From Candidatus Parcubacteria bacterium (GTDB taxonomy: Bacteria > Patescibacteriota > Minisyncoccia > Phycocordibacterales > JAACPR01), in assembly GCA_041158505.1 (NCBI GenBank), contig JBEBBG010000019.1, forward strand, positions 1-54,232: 54,232 nt of DNA. The letters run 5' to 3'. Each line of letters begins with the position of its first letter. The stretch's first letter is position 1. The notes under the pieces are model-generated. The model made no database searches, had not been told where the DNA came from, and saw only the letters and a program-made list of their open reading frames with translations. Shown one piece after another: positions 1 through 8,010 of this stretch. The translations under genes and the position numbers were made by a program.

Positions 1-105
1 AACGGCGTCTTGGCAGATATCACATTCTGCAAGGGCAAAGAAACGGTGGAAGCAATTGCTTTCATGTTCGACGGTGACAACGGTGGCATGCTCTGCGTGC
101 CGTAA
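1..105 (+). CDS. 3' end of a hypothetical protein (partial)
   Basis: Frame open from base 1 (NGVLADITFCKGKETVEAIAFMFDGDNGGMLCVP*), followed by a terminator hairpin. Confidence 0.6.
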   Translation, partial: NGVLADITFCKGKETVEAIAFMFDGDNGGMLCVP

Positions 106-149
106 AGTAAAAATTAACCGCTTTTAGGATATTTGGCGCCCAAATCCTA

Positions 150-183
150 ACCTCAGACAACACGGTCTGAGGTTTTATTATTT
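150..183 (+). terminator. Rho-independent terminator
   Basis: AACCTCAGAC-aacacg-GTCTGAGGTT followed by a T-rich tract. Confidence 0.7.
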
Positions 184-307
184 ATGCAATTCAATTAACA
201 TTATGTGACAATCTTTTTCTCACTTTTTATTTATTTACAATACTCAATTTACTACTTTCAATACCGCTTAATATCTCATATTTCTCAAACACCCATTGTT
301 CTAGCTG

Positions 308-335
308 GTTCCAAGTTTCTAAAGGCATCTCCACA
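308..335 (+). repeat. boundary repeat copy 1 (subtype A)
   Basis: GTTCCA-AGTTTCTAAAGGCATC-TCCACA; lies within about 115 bp of similarity to 5535-5650. Confidence 0.8.
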
Positions 336-381
336 TTTCAAAGAATTTCAAATTATTTCGAGAAATTTATAATAATTTCAA

Positions 382-1113
382 TTAGTTTCTAAAATCTAAT
401 ACAAATGTTGTCTGAACAATATAATCAGAATCTTTTAAGATTTCTTTTGTTAGTTTTGCATCTTCTTCTGATAAGGAGTATTTTTTTATTAATATATTAG
501 ATAAACCTTTTACTTCCCTATCTTGAATAAGATCATATTTAATTTGAAGAGACTCAAATATATTTTTTAATTCATCTGCGTTGCTAAAATAAAATTCGTC
601 TCTTTTCAGAAGATCAATTTGGCCATCAAAAAGATCATCGGCAGATGTTTTTAATAAATCAGAGTTATTTTTTGAACCTTGATGTTGAATGATTGCAATA
701 CCTTTAGTTAATCTCTTAATATTACCAATTATTTTTTGCTGATTTTCTAAAGAATTCCAAGCTAAAACATACCTACACAGGGTTATGTCGAAGCACTTAT
801 CTTCTATAGGAATTTCAATCAGATTACTGTTAATCTTAACCTGAGCAATATTATTATTTAAATCATCCTCATTTATTTCAACAGCGGTTGTCTTAATTTT
901 ATAATCGTCCAACTTACTTATAAGGTCTTGTAAGAACTCTCCTCTGTGACTACCTAAATCTAAAACATTTATTTCTGAACCCGAATCAAACTCCTTTTTG
1001 ATTATTTTTGAAAAGAGATCTGCAGACTCCCCATAAACTGTCTTTATAGCCTGATCATCTGATAAACCATGAAATAGCCTGCCGGCAAATATTCCTTGTA
1101 TCTTTGATAACAT
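382..1113 (-). CDS. class I SAM-dependent methyltransferase
   Basis: VLDLGSHRG motif I, AVEIN, FDITLCRYVL; very AT-rich. Confidence 0.8.
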   Translation of the reverse strand: MLSKIQGIFAGRLFHGLSDDQAIKTVYGESADLFSKIIKKEFDSGSEINVLDLGSHRGEFLQDLISKLDDYKIKTTAVEINEDDLNNNIAQVKINSNLIEIPIEDKCFDITLCRYVLAWNSLENQQKIIGNIKRLTKGIAIIQHQGSKNNSDLLKTSADDLFDGQIDLLKRDEFYFSNADELKNIFESLQIKYDLIQDREVKGLSNILIKKYSLSEEDAKLTKEILKDSDYIVQTTFVLDFRN

Positions 1114-1162
1114 AAAAGAAAGAATATCATCTAAAGATTCCTAAATAAAGTCGCCATCAGAG

Positions 1163-1190
1163 GTGATAACTTCGTTCACTAATCTCCACA
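1163..1190 (+). repeat. boundary repeat copy 2 (subtype B)
   Basis: GTGATA-ACTTCGTTCACTAATC-TCCACA, identical to 1744-1771. Confidence 0.9.
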
Positions 1191-1250
1191 ATTTATAAAT
1201 ATTTCAATATATTTAAAATAATTTCAAACTATTAAGATATTACACTAATA

Positions 1251-1278
1251 TTGACTAATAATATATTTAATGTATAAT
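1251..1278 (+). promoter_or_regulatory. sigma70-type promoter
   Basis: TTGACT-N16-TATAAT with extended TG, upstream of the 1314 ORF. Confidence 0.65.
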
Positions 1279-1313
1279 TTTAAATGAATTCTGAACCCAC
1301 ACACTACAAATAA

Positions 1314-1673
1314 ATGAAGAAATTCTTGCTTATTCTCACCCTTGCCTGTGTCGCTCTTTCCGCGACAGCAAGCCCGCGATTTGATCGCAACAGAAACATG
1401 GCAGGCCAAGTAATTGACTTGGCCACAGGGAGAGGGGTTATTCCTCAGCATGCAGACAGTATCACCTCCGATGGTGCTCGGCTTTATTACAAAGTCGGGA
1501 TTGCAGAGGTGAAAGTGATTCGAGACTTCGAAGTCTACGAGATTGTCGGCACGAACTCTCAGAGTATCGCAGACTTCATCGGTTATCATGATTTCCTCGA
1601 AATCATCTCGGTACTCGCAAAAGAGGATGTTGCTGGTTTCATCATGGTGACTAAGAAAAAGTCAACACCCTGA
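1314..1673 (+). CDS. secreted hypothetical protein
   Basis: Signal peptide MKKFLLILTLACVALSATA; own promoter and downstream hairpin terminator (about 1693-1736). Confidence 0.75.
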   Translation: MKKFLLILTLACVALSATASPRFDRNRNMAGQVIDLATGRGVIPQHADSITSDGARLYYKVGIAEVKVIRDFEVYEIVGTNSQSIADFIGYHDFLEIISVLAKEDVAGFIMVTKKKSTP

Positions 1674-1743
1674 AATAACACGAACAACCGTCACCCCACC
1701 GAAAGACACCACGTCTTCGGATGGGGTGTTTTATTTCATACAA

Positions 1744-1771
1744 GTGATAACTTCGTTCACTAATCTCCACA
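1744..1771 (+). repeat. boundary repeat copy 3 (subtype B)
   Basis: Identical to 1163-1190; 3 bp from the stop codon of the phosphatase gene. Confidence 0.9.
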
Positions 1772-1774
1772 TCA

Positions 1775-2305
1775 CTAAACCTCAAAAGTATGTACCGACC
1801 CATTTGGAACATCAACATCTGATTTATTCTGAAACATTTTGTACATCAGCCTTATAATTCCCTTACTTGTTACAACTAATACCTTTTCGTATTCGAGCGT
1901 TTTTGCTTGGTGAATGAAAGTATGTATACGCTTTTCAACATCAATTACAGATTCGCCTCCATACTGGCGATAGTCATATGTTTGATTCTTATTATGAATT
2001 CGCAGCGTGTCACCATTTGGAATTTCAGACCACATCTTCCCTGCTAACGAACCAAAGTCCTGCTCGCGCAAACTATCATCAAAAATAATTTTCTTTTTCA
2101 ATGCATCAGCCACGATCTGAGAACTTGTTGCAACTCGTTTAAGCGACGAAGAAAAAATAATATCAAAATCTTTTGGTAGATCTGGAATACTATCCACCAT
2201 TTGTTTAACACCTTCTTCGTTTAAAGGTTCATCAACTGTTACGCCCTGTATTCTGTGTTGCTTATTAAAATCAGTTTCACCATGTCGTATAAAATAGAAG
2301 ATCAT
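1775..2305 (-). CDS. histidine phosphatase (phosphoglycerate mutase family)
   Basis: FIRHGET, SSSLKR, LREQDFG, GGES; start placed at MIFYF, 7 nt after TATAAT; second His replaced (VVTSKG). Confidence 0.85.
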   Translation of the reverse strand: MIFYFIRHGETDFNKQHRIQGVTVDEPLNEEGVKQMVDSIPDLPKDFDIIFSSSLKRVATSSQIVADALKKKIIFDDSLREQDFGSLAGKMWSEIPNGDTLRIHNKNQTYDYRQYGGESVIDVEKRIHTFIHQAKTLEYEKVLVVTSKGIIRLMYKMFQNKSDVDVPNGSVHTFEV

Positions 2306-2344
2306 ACATTGCATTATACAGCTTTTTAGTTTTTACAGATTGTG

Positions 2345-2372
2345 GTTCTAACATCCTCTACATTGCTCCACC
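2345..2372 (+). repeat. boundary repeat copy 4 (subtype C)
   Basis: GTTCTA-ACATCCTCTACATTGC-TCCACC(A). Confidence 0.9.
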
Positions 2373-2469
2373 ATCACTTGACTAAATACATTTTATATTA
2401 TATCGTCAACGATGCATCGTTCTTTGAAATTCGTTCAGAGAACACACTCAAACCCAAACCCGTTGAACT

Positions 2470-2844
2470 ATGAAACTACTCTCCCTGATTGCACTTGTCT
2501 GTGCAATCGTCATTCCGAACACTATCTTCGGCGAAGACATCAACCCGGATTCAAAACAACCTTCGCTGGTTGTGAACAAGGATCTCGGGTTCGTCTACCT
2601 GCAAAAATCAGTGCCTCCTGCAGACGTCCTGGCCCGCAAAGAAGAGGAGGTTTTGAAGGAAACCGCTCGCCAACTCTTCGAAAAGTGGACCGAACACAAG
2701 GGTCAGAAGATCTTGATCACGGGTTCTGAACCGAAGTGGATTGTGCACATGGAAAACAAGAAAGGATACGTTATCCTAACCGTTGCCTTTGCGCGCATTT
2801 CACACGCGATCGATTCCACGATAATCGCTCAAACAATCGACTGA
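2470..2844 (+). CDS. secreted hypothetical protein
   Basis: Signal peptide MKLLSLIALVCAIVIP; TTGACT at 2378 upstream; hairpin plus T tract downstream. Confidence 0.75.
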   Translation: MKLLSLIALVCAIVIPNTIFGEDINPDSKQPSLVVNKDLGFVYLQKSVPPADVLARKEEEVLKETARQLFEKWTEHKGQKILITGSEPKWIVHMENKKGYVILTVAFARISHAIDSTIIAQTID

Positions 2845-2954
2845 CCACCCTTCCCCTCCCGAATCAAAACAAAAGCCTTGTGGCTCGTTTGAATCGCGGG
2901 GCTTTTTCTTTTTAAACAACTTGCTACAAGACACCTTCTCCAACACGGAACGTA

Positions 2955-2982
2955 GTTCTAACATCCTCTACAGTACTCCACA
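2955..2982 (+). repeat. boundary repeat copy 5 (subtype C)
   Basis: GTTCTA-ACATCCTCTACAGTAC-TCCACA, 3 bp from the TrmB stop codon. Confidence 0.9.
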
Positions 2983-2985
2983 TAC

Positions 2986-3789
2986 TTAAACCGTCTTCAA
3001 AAATCCCTCCACATCCTTTGGATTCGGTTTGATTTCTTTTGAAACACTCCAGACCAAATCAAACTGAGCGCGAAGCAGCTGCGAAAAATCCTTACTACTA
3101 ATAATAAAACCAAACCCCTCCTTTCGAGATGAAACAACAGCCACCTTGTCTGCATAATTCCAATACCCCATGTCCCAGGTCATTTGTTTGGGCGCTACAC
3201 GAATTTCTCGTAAAAACTTTTTTCCACTGCCAAGTGCTGGTTGATCTTTGAAACTCACCGCATGTGACTTGGGCCAAATTGCATTGATGTGAATTCCACG
3301 TCGGATTCGCTCTCGGTTATGATTTTCAAAATACTCTTTTCCAAGAAAGGCAACCATCTCGCTAATCGGAAAGAGTGCTTGCGTCTCAATGTTTTCATAC
3401 CACAGCAAATCATTGAGTACCTGGCGCACACCCTCCACACCAGAATAAAACTTAATCTTCGGCTCAAACGACTCCCCACCAAAGTTCATGTGTGGCAAAA
3501 AGGATTCGACAGACGCTTTTTCTTTTTGGAGTTTTGCAATTTTTTCAGCAAGGAGACGTGGAATATTTTTAGGATCATCAATATAAAATACTTTTTTGTT
3601 GTCACGAATCTGCTCAAGCACCAACGTGTGCTGGATGAGGATTTTAAGATTGTCGTACACCGATGCTCGTGGCGTATTTAGGTTTTCTGCAATTTGCCGA
3701 GCGGTCGCACCAGGGTGTTCAACGAGATACGCATAAATCCGCTTTGTAGCTGTAGCAAACCCAAGTTCGTTAAAAAATGAATCAAACAT
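2986..3789 (-). CDS. TrmB-family transcriptional regulator
   Basis: N-terminal wHTH (TARQIAENLNTPRASVYDNLKIL), KIKFYSGVEG, YADKVAVVS C-terminal domain. Confidence 0.85.
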   Translation of the reverse strand: MFDSFFNELGFATATKRIYAYLVEHPGATARQIAENLNTPRASVYDNLKILIQHTLVLEQIRDNKKVFYIDDPKNIPRLLAEKIAKLQKEKASVESFLPHMNFGGESFEPKIKFYSGVEGVRQVLNDLLWYENIETQALFPISEMVAFLGKEYFENHNRERIRRGIHINAIWPKSHAVSFKDQPALGSGKKFLREIRVAPKQMTWDMGYWNYADKVAVVSSRKEGFGFIISSKDFSQLLRAQFDLVWSVSKEIKPNPKDVEGFLKTV

Positions 3790-3805
3790 GATGATATAGG
3801 TTATT

Positions 3806-3823
3806 TGTCGATTTTCGACGACA
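3806..3823. promoter_or_regulatory. palindrome, possible TrmB operator
   Basis: TGTCG-N8-CGACA (inner GTCGA-TTT-TCGAC) between divergent genes. Confidence 0.4.
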
Positions 3824-3884
3824 GTTTTACATTAAAACAATTACCTGCTACTGTCAACGAGAACTCAACCAAGCCCTTTACCCT

Positions 3885-4694
3885 ATGCAAATGAAACAAC
3901 TACTTCTGTTTGTTGTCTGTGCCTGCACATTCGCCACGCCTGCCCTAGCTCAACTGGAGATTGATGAGCAACCCTCATACCTCCCCGCCGACGTGAGTAT
4001 CAGTACAACTTACAACAGTCAGTACATCGCTTCTCGTATCAACCGCGTCATAACACCTGACCCGACCATCTGGACCCAAGCATCAATCAAATGGGAATCT
4101 GGCTTCTACTTCTCGTGGCTCGAAATTCGAGGCATTGATGATGTGTCACCAACACTCCCACCATTTGAAGAGACCCTGGTCACACTTGGCCAGTCATGGA
4201 AGTTGGATACCTTCGATTTCAAACTCGAAGCAACCATCATCAACCTCGACCCTGTTGCCAGGTGGGCAGCGCATGACCGGTATTCGTTCGACGCGTACAT
4301 TTCAAAGACCTTTACGTTCAAGAAAAACGGCAAGCACAGCATCACACCAGAACTTCGGATGTTGTGGTTCTGTGACACACAAGAACTTGATGGTGGTGTT
4401 CCCATCATCATGCCGAGCGTCGCACATAAATGGCAACAACCATTTGAATACGAGCACCTCACCATCCAAAGCAAGCTCGGGCTTTGCTGGGACGGTGGTC
4501 TCTATCGAAACAATACTGAAGGCGTTTTCCTGCAAACCGACATCGGACTACAATGGAATCTGGCGAAGTTCCTCGGAACACCTGCCACACTTACCCTACC
4601 TGGGTACAAATCCCTCATCCCCATCACACATGGAAATGACGGACGCGACGGTGTACACCACGTCTTCTATGGAGGAATCAGGTTTGATTTCTAG
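3885..4694 (+). CDS. secreted beta-barrel-like protein (TorF/porin-like)
   Basis: Signal peptide ending ALA, alternating amphipathic strands, ESGFYFSW, terminal YGGIRFDF. Confidence 0.6.
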   Translation: MQMKQLLLFVVCACTFATPALAQLEIDEQPSYLPADVSISTTYNSQYIASRINRVITPDPTIWTQASIKWESGFYFSWLEIRGIDDVSPTLPPFEETLVTLGQSWKLDTFDFKLEATIINLDPVARWAAHDRYSFDAYISKTFTFKKNGKHSITPELRMLWFCDTQELDGGVPIIMPSVAHKWQQPFEYEHLTIQSKLGLCWDGGLYRNNTEGVFLQTDIGLQWNLAKFLGTPATLTLPGYKSLIPITHGNDGRDGVHHVFYGGIRFDF

Positions 4695-4797
4695 ATTGTC
4701 CGTGATGGAATTGCTGCGTAAGGCTTGTTTAGGGTCCATCCCCTAGCAAGTCTTTTTCTTTCCTGCCTAGACATACTGACCACCAGAGCTCATCACA

Positions 4798-4825
4798 GTT
4801 CTAACATCCTCTACCGTGCTCCACA
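4798..4825 (+). repeat. boundary repeat copy 6 (subtype C)
   Basis: GTTCTA-ACATCCTCTACCGTGC-TCCACA, followed by inverted repeat AAAATAACCTTG/CAAGGTTATTTT (4831-4859). Confidence 0.9.
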
Positions 4826-4881
4826 CTCACAAAATAACCTTGTTTTTCAAGGTTATTTTTGTTTTTAAGGTCTTATTTTAC

Positions 4882-4910
4882 TTGACTTTTTGTGTAAAAT
4901 ATGCTAATAT
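4882..4910 (+). promoter_or_regulatory. sigma70-type promoter
   Basis: TTGACT-N17-TAATAT. Confidence 0.65.
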
Positions 4911-4959
4911 ATAAAGGAAATCAGCATAGTTTTGCTGATAAAACAAAAACGATCTTTTT

Positions 4960-5385
4960 ATGAAAAAACTTTGCACAATCCTTACAATCGTGTTCGCAAT
5001 CGTCGTCGGAATCGGATTCTTCTGGTCATCGCACAAGCGACACCAGGATGCAGTCGAGGATCAAGTATCCTCTTTGGTGCCGTGGCACCAACAAGAAGTA
5101 CGAGACTACGCCGAGATGACCTCAACGCTCAAGGTCGGCGACCTCGTTCTTGTAATCGACAACAAAGTCGACAAAAATGAACGCCACCTCGCGGTGACCA
5201 AGGTCGATGAATTCCCAGGGAACCGTCGCATCCACCTCGAAGGTAGGTACGACACCCCGGAAACCATGTTCCTTTGGTCTGGGCTTGAGGAAGGACTGAA
5301 AGTGAATAACACCTATTCGTTCCATCCAATCTATCAAGACAGCCCTGGCTACACCCAGCTTGCGACCTGGTTCTGGATCCAATAA
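4960..5385 (+). CDS. membrane-anchored hypothetical protein
   Basis: N-terminal TM helix; downstream hairpins and terminator (about 5392-5468). Confidence 0.75.
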   Translation: MKKLCTILTIVFAIVVGIGFFWSSHKRHQDAVEDQVSSLVPWHQQEVRDYAEMTSTLKVGDLVLVIDNKVDKNERHLAVTKVDEFPGNRRIHLEGRYDTPETMFLWSGLEEGLKVNNTYSFHPIYQDSPGYTQLATWFWIQ

Positions 5386-5601
5386 AACTCAAAGGTAGGC
5401 CGACTACCTTATCCGAAAGGATGAATCGTCGGAATTGCCGCAAGAGAAATCCTGCGGCTTTTTTCTTTCCTAATCTTAACTGGTTGTATTAACTACTTGT
5501 GTCTCTTTTTACTTAACAAATCATTTCAAAACAACACTCATTTCCCTATTTTCTAAAGCCAGTATTGATTCGTAACTTTCAAACACCCAGCTTTCTAGCT
5601 G

Positions 5602-5629
5602 GTTCCATGTTTTCAATGGTATGTCCACA
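5602..5629 (+). repeat. boundary repeat copy 7 (subtype A)
   Basis: GTTCCA-TGTTTTCAATGGTATG-TCCACA; flanks similar to copy 1. Confidence 0.8.
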
Positions 5630-5701
5630 TTTCAAAGTATTTCGAAATTACCACTTTTATAGAACTATAACGACAACGCATGCGCTGCTATACTTACCTT
5701 A

Positions 5702-6085
5702 ATGCTAAAAGTAAAAACTACAATAAAACAAAGCCCGCTGCATGGATTAGGCTTGTTCGCAGACGAGGATATAAAAGAAGGTACTGTCATCTGGGAATTT
5801 GAACCTGGATTAGATATTTCAATTACAAAAGATGAGTATGATAGCTTATCTCAAATGCAAAAAGATTTTTTTGATCATTACGGGTACTGGAGCGACGAAT
5901 TACATTTGTATATTTGTGCAGCAGATGGTTGGCGTTTTACAAATCACTCCACAAATCCAAACACTGCGACAATACATGCTGCCCCATCTAACGAAGGTCA
6001 GGATATTGCCATACGAGACATTAAAGCTAGCGAAGAACTTTTATTTGATTACCGTTCATTTGGAGAAAACCCTGAACAAATATAG
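5702..6085 (+). CDS. SET-domain protein
   Basis: GLGLFA, RFTNHSTNPN, RDIKASEELLFDY. Confidence 0.9.
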   Translation: MLKVKTTIKQSPLHGLGLFADEDIKEGTVIWEFEPGLDISITKDEYDSLSQMQKDFFDHYGYWSDELHLYICAADGWRFTNHSTNPNTATIHAAPSNEGQDIAIRDIKASEELLFDYRSFGENPEQI

Positions 6086-6091
6086 ATCACA

Positions 6092-6118
6092 GTTCTACCA
6101 TTCGCTGCGTTGTCCACA
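6092..6118 (+). repeat. boundary repeat copy 8 (degenerate, 27 bp)
   Basis: GTTCTA-N15-TCCACA, preceded by ATCACA as in copy 6; marks the right end of the array. Confidence 0.65.
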
Positions 6119-6147
6119 TCCTTGTATAAAAATCTGAGCGAGTGTCT

Positions 6148-6969
6148 TTATTGCTCAACCCTCCGTCCCACAAACCCAAAAATATTTTTATACCCATTTT
6201 GGCTAAACAGTACTGGGAAAAAATCGTACTCAGCAGGCACGGCTTCACCTGCCGCATTGCGATACACGGTCTGCCCTTTCTGCACGAGCTGTAAATTAGC
6301 AATCTGAGGATCAAGCTGATCACCTTCATCCTTTGGAAATTCCTCCTCAACGATAAACACTGCAGGTGCATGTCCAGTTTCAGAGACGACAGCGGCATCT
6401 GTATCAGTAAGCATTCCCTGCGCGTGCAATATTTTCTTGATATCCGTAATAATTTTTTGCGTAGCTGCAGGATCAGCATCATTGCCATACTCAAATGCAA
6501 TGCCCGCTTTTGCAGATGATAGAAGCACGTTCCCTTCTGTTACTCTCATAACCAGCGCAACAGATGGCTGCACACTATCGATAAGTCGCTGTGTCTGCTG
6601 ATCAAGATGATCGACAATCACCGCATCTCGAAGTGAACTTTCAGTAGAGTGAATATCAATAAACACATCTACTTGTGCTGCAATCGCAGACAGATAGAAC
6701 GCAAGCTGCTCCTCATAGCTTCCTTGTTCATTTCCGACACCAACACGGTTAATGTCATGGTTAATGTATCGCACACCCTTCTCAAGTGCTTGCTCATTTG
6801 CAATGTTTGTAAGCAGTGTCCCCTGCTCAGGCACAACGTCTGCAAATACTTGTGTCACCGCAAGACCAACCCGTTCATCACCATGTGTGCACCCATTGAT
6901 AAATACAATCGGCCTTTGTGCTGTTGCAATACTATCTAGTAGTTTTGTGTATTTTTCTTTGGGATTCAT
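6148..6969 (-). CDS. succinylglutamate desuccinylase/aspartoacylase family (M14-like)
   Basis: THGDE, DINR, IDIHS, FEYG motifs. Confidence 0.85.
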   Translation of the reverse strand: MNPKEKYTKLLDSIATAQRPIVFINGCTHGDERVGLAVTQVFADVVPEQGTLLTNIANEQALEKGVRYINHDINRVGVGNEQGSYEEQLAFYLSAIAAQVDVFIDIHSTESSLRDAVIVDHLDQQTQRLIDSVQPSVALVMRVTEGNVLLSSAKAGIAFEYGNDADPAATQKIITDIKKILHAQGMLTDTDAAVVSETGHAPAVFIVEEEFPKDEGDQLDPQIANLQLVQKGQTVYRNAAGEAVPAEYDFFPVLFSQNGYKNIFGFVGRRVEQ

Positions 6970-7001
6970 TGTCTACAAATTTTTAAAGAAAAAGGCATAC
7001 A

Positions 7002-7787
7002 TTATGCCTGGACTGTTTTGAGGTGCGCGTTTCTACACCGTTCGTAACACATCCTCCCCCAGAGCGCGACCTGCGCCGGATCATCAGTGTTATCAAACAT
7101 CCGAAACTCAATCGTACCATGGGCCGAAATGCGAATCAGGTGCCAACAACGACGAGGGTCATCAACAAATCCATGTTCGCAGTAATACTGGTGCATGTGT
7201 GCACTGTCCGTGTATGGAGCAGGACGAAAGTTGGGTGCCATGGTTTGGTAGATTGACATCCTTTCACCCTGCGTCTTGTTCCCAGCCTCAACAAGTGTGT
7301 CGAGATCTTGGATAACATCGTTGTACACGTGCAACGCCGTTTCCATATCAGGCATGCCGATATGGAAATGCGTACCAGCTACGCGACATGCTGCAAGCAA
7401 CACATCCTGCGGCAACTGAGCAGCAATCTGTTGATAGCGACCCGTTGGATCAGGGTAGACATCAAGCGGCATCGTTGCTGGAGCAACCGTTTCATACCTG
7501 ACGCCAAGACCGTTCATTGAAAGCTTTTGTTGCAGCATCACCTGCTGCTCCTCAACTTTCTGTTCCATGGAATCAATCAAGGTAGGGCCAACGCGACTCT
7601 CCAACTGACACGCGGACAGTTCGTAGCCAAACGCGTCATCTTTGAGCAACGAGAGAGCGTATTGTGACAAGGGAACAATTTCATCGTCCGCATTGACCAC
7701 AAATGCTTCTCGTTCGCACCCAACGTACCACGCATACTGCGGTTTAAACGCAAACCTATTACGGAACAATTCGAGTGACGTATTCAT
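7002..7787 (-). CDS. carboxylate-amine ligase (GCS2/YbdK-like)
   Basis: VGCERE, ELSACQLE, GTHFHIG, TIEFRMFD. Confidence 0.8.
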   Translation of the reverse strand: MNTSLELFRNRFAFKPQYAWYVGCEREAFVVNADDEIVPLSQYALSLLKDDAFGYELSACQLESRVGPTLIDSMEQKVEEQQVMLQQKLSMNGLGVRYETVAPATMPLDVYPDPTGRYQQIAAQLPQDVLLAACRVAGTHFHIGMPDMETALHVYNDVIQDLDTLVEAGNKTQGERMSIYQTMAPNFRPAPYTDSAHMHQYYCEHGFVDDPRRCWHLIRISAHGTIEFRMFDNTDDPAQVALWGRMCYERCRNAHLKTVQA

Positions 7788-7791
7788 GTTT

Positions 7792-8010
7792 TAAAAAGAA
7801 CGAAAAAGACTTCTTGTGTCTCATGGCAACAAACGAGAAACAAGAAGTCTTTAGGTTTCTTGACTCGTACATTACCGAAGTAACAGATATCAATTACCCC
7901 ATGATAACGGAGGGTGTGCCGGGTTCTCACTAATGCAAGAACCACCTTGCCATTTGGCGATCTAGCCCCAACCCTGCATACGCAGGAACTAAATCAAAGG
8001 TTTTAACTCT
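7792..8010 (-). promoter_or_regulatory. structured 5' leader with terminator (candidate riboswitch/attenuator)
   Basis: Upstream TTGACG-N17-TAATTT, several hairpins, then AAAGACTTCTTG...CAAGAAGTCTTT plus U-tract about 20 nt before the ATG. Confidence 0.55.

Noticed and set aside
308-6118. Boundary repeats as a CRISPR array
   Set aside because: Intervals are about 0.5-1.8 kb and contain whole genes, the repeats are degenerate in the middle, and no cas genes are present.
308-6118. Repeats as DnaA boxes/oriC or as minus-strand promoters (TGTGGA-N16-TAGAAC)
   Set aside because: TCCACA only partly matches TTATCCACA and the copies are dispersed rather than clustered. Six of eight would fire antisense into the preceding gene. 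A regulatory role is disfavoured but not excluded.
308-6118. Classical integron attC or Xer pdif sites
   Set aside because: No attC inverse-core/core hairpin, no XerC/XerD arm consensus, and all copies are direct rather than alternating.
7850-8000. Leader as a c-di-AMP (ydaO) riboswitch or T-box
   Set aside because: Only faint word matches (TTGGGG..ATC, GAACCCG, AAGGTGG). The ydaO 5' half and the T-box bulge position next to the terminator are missing.
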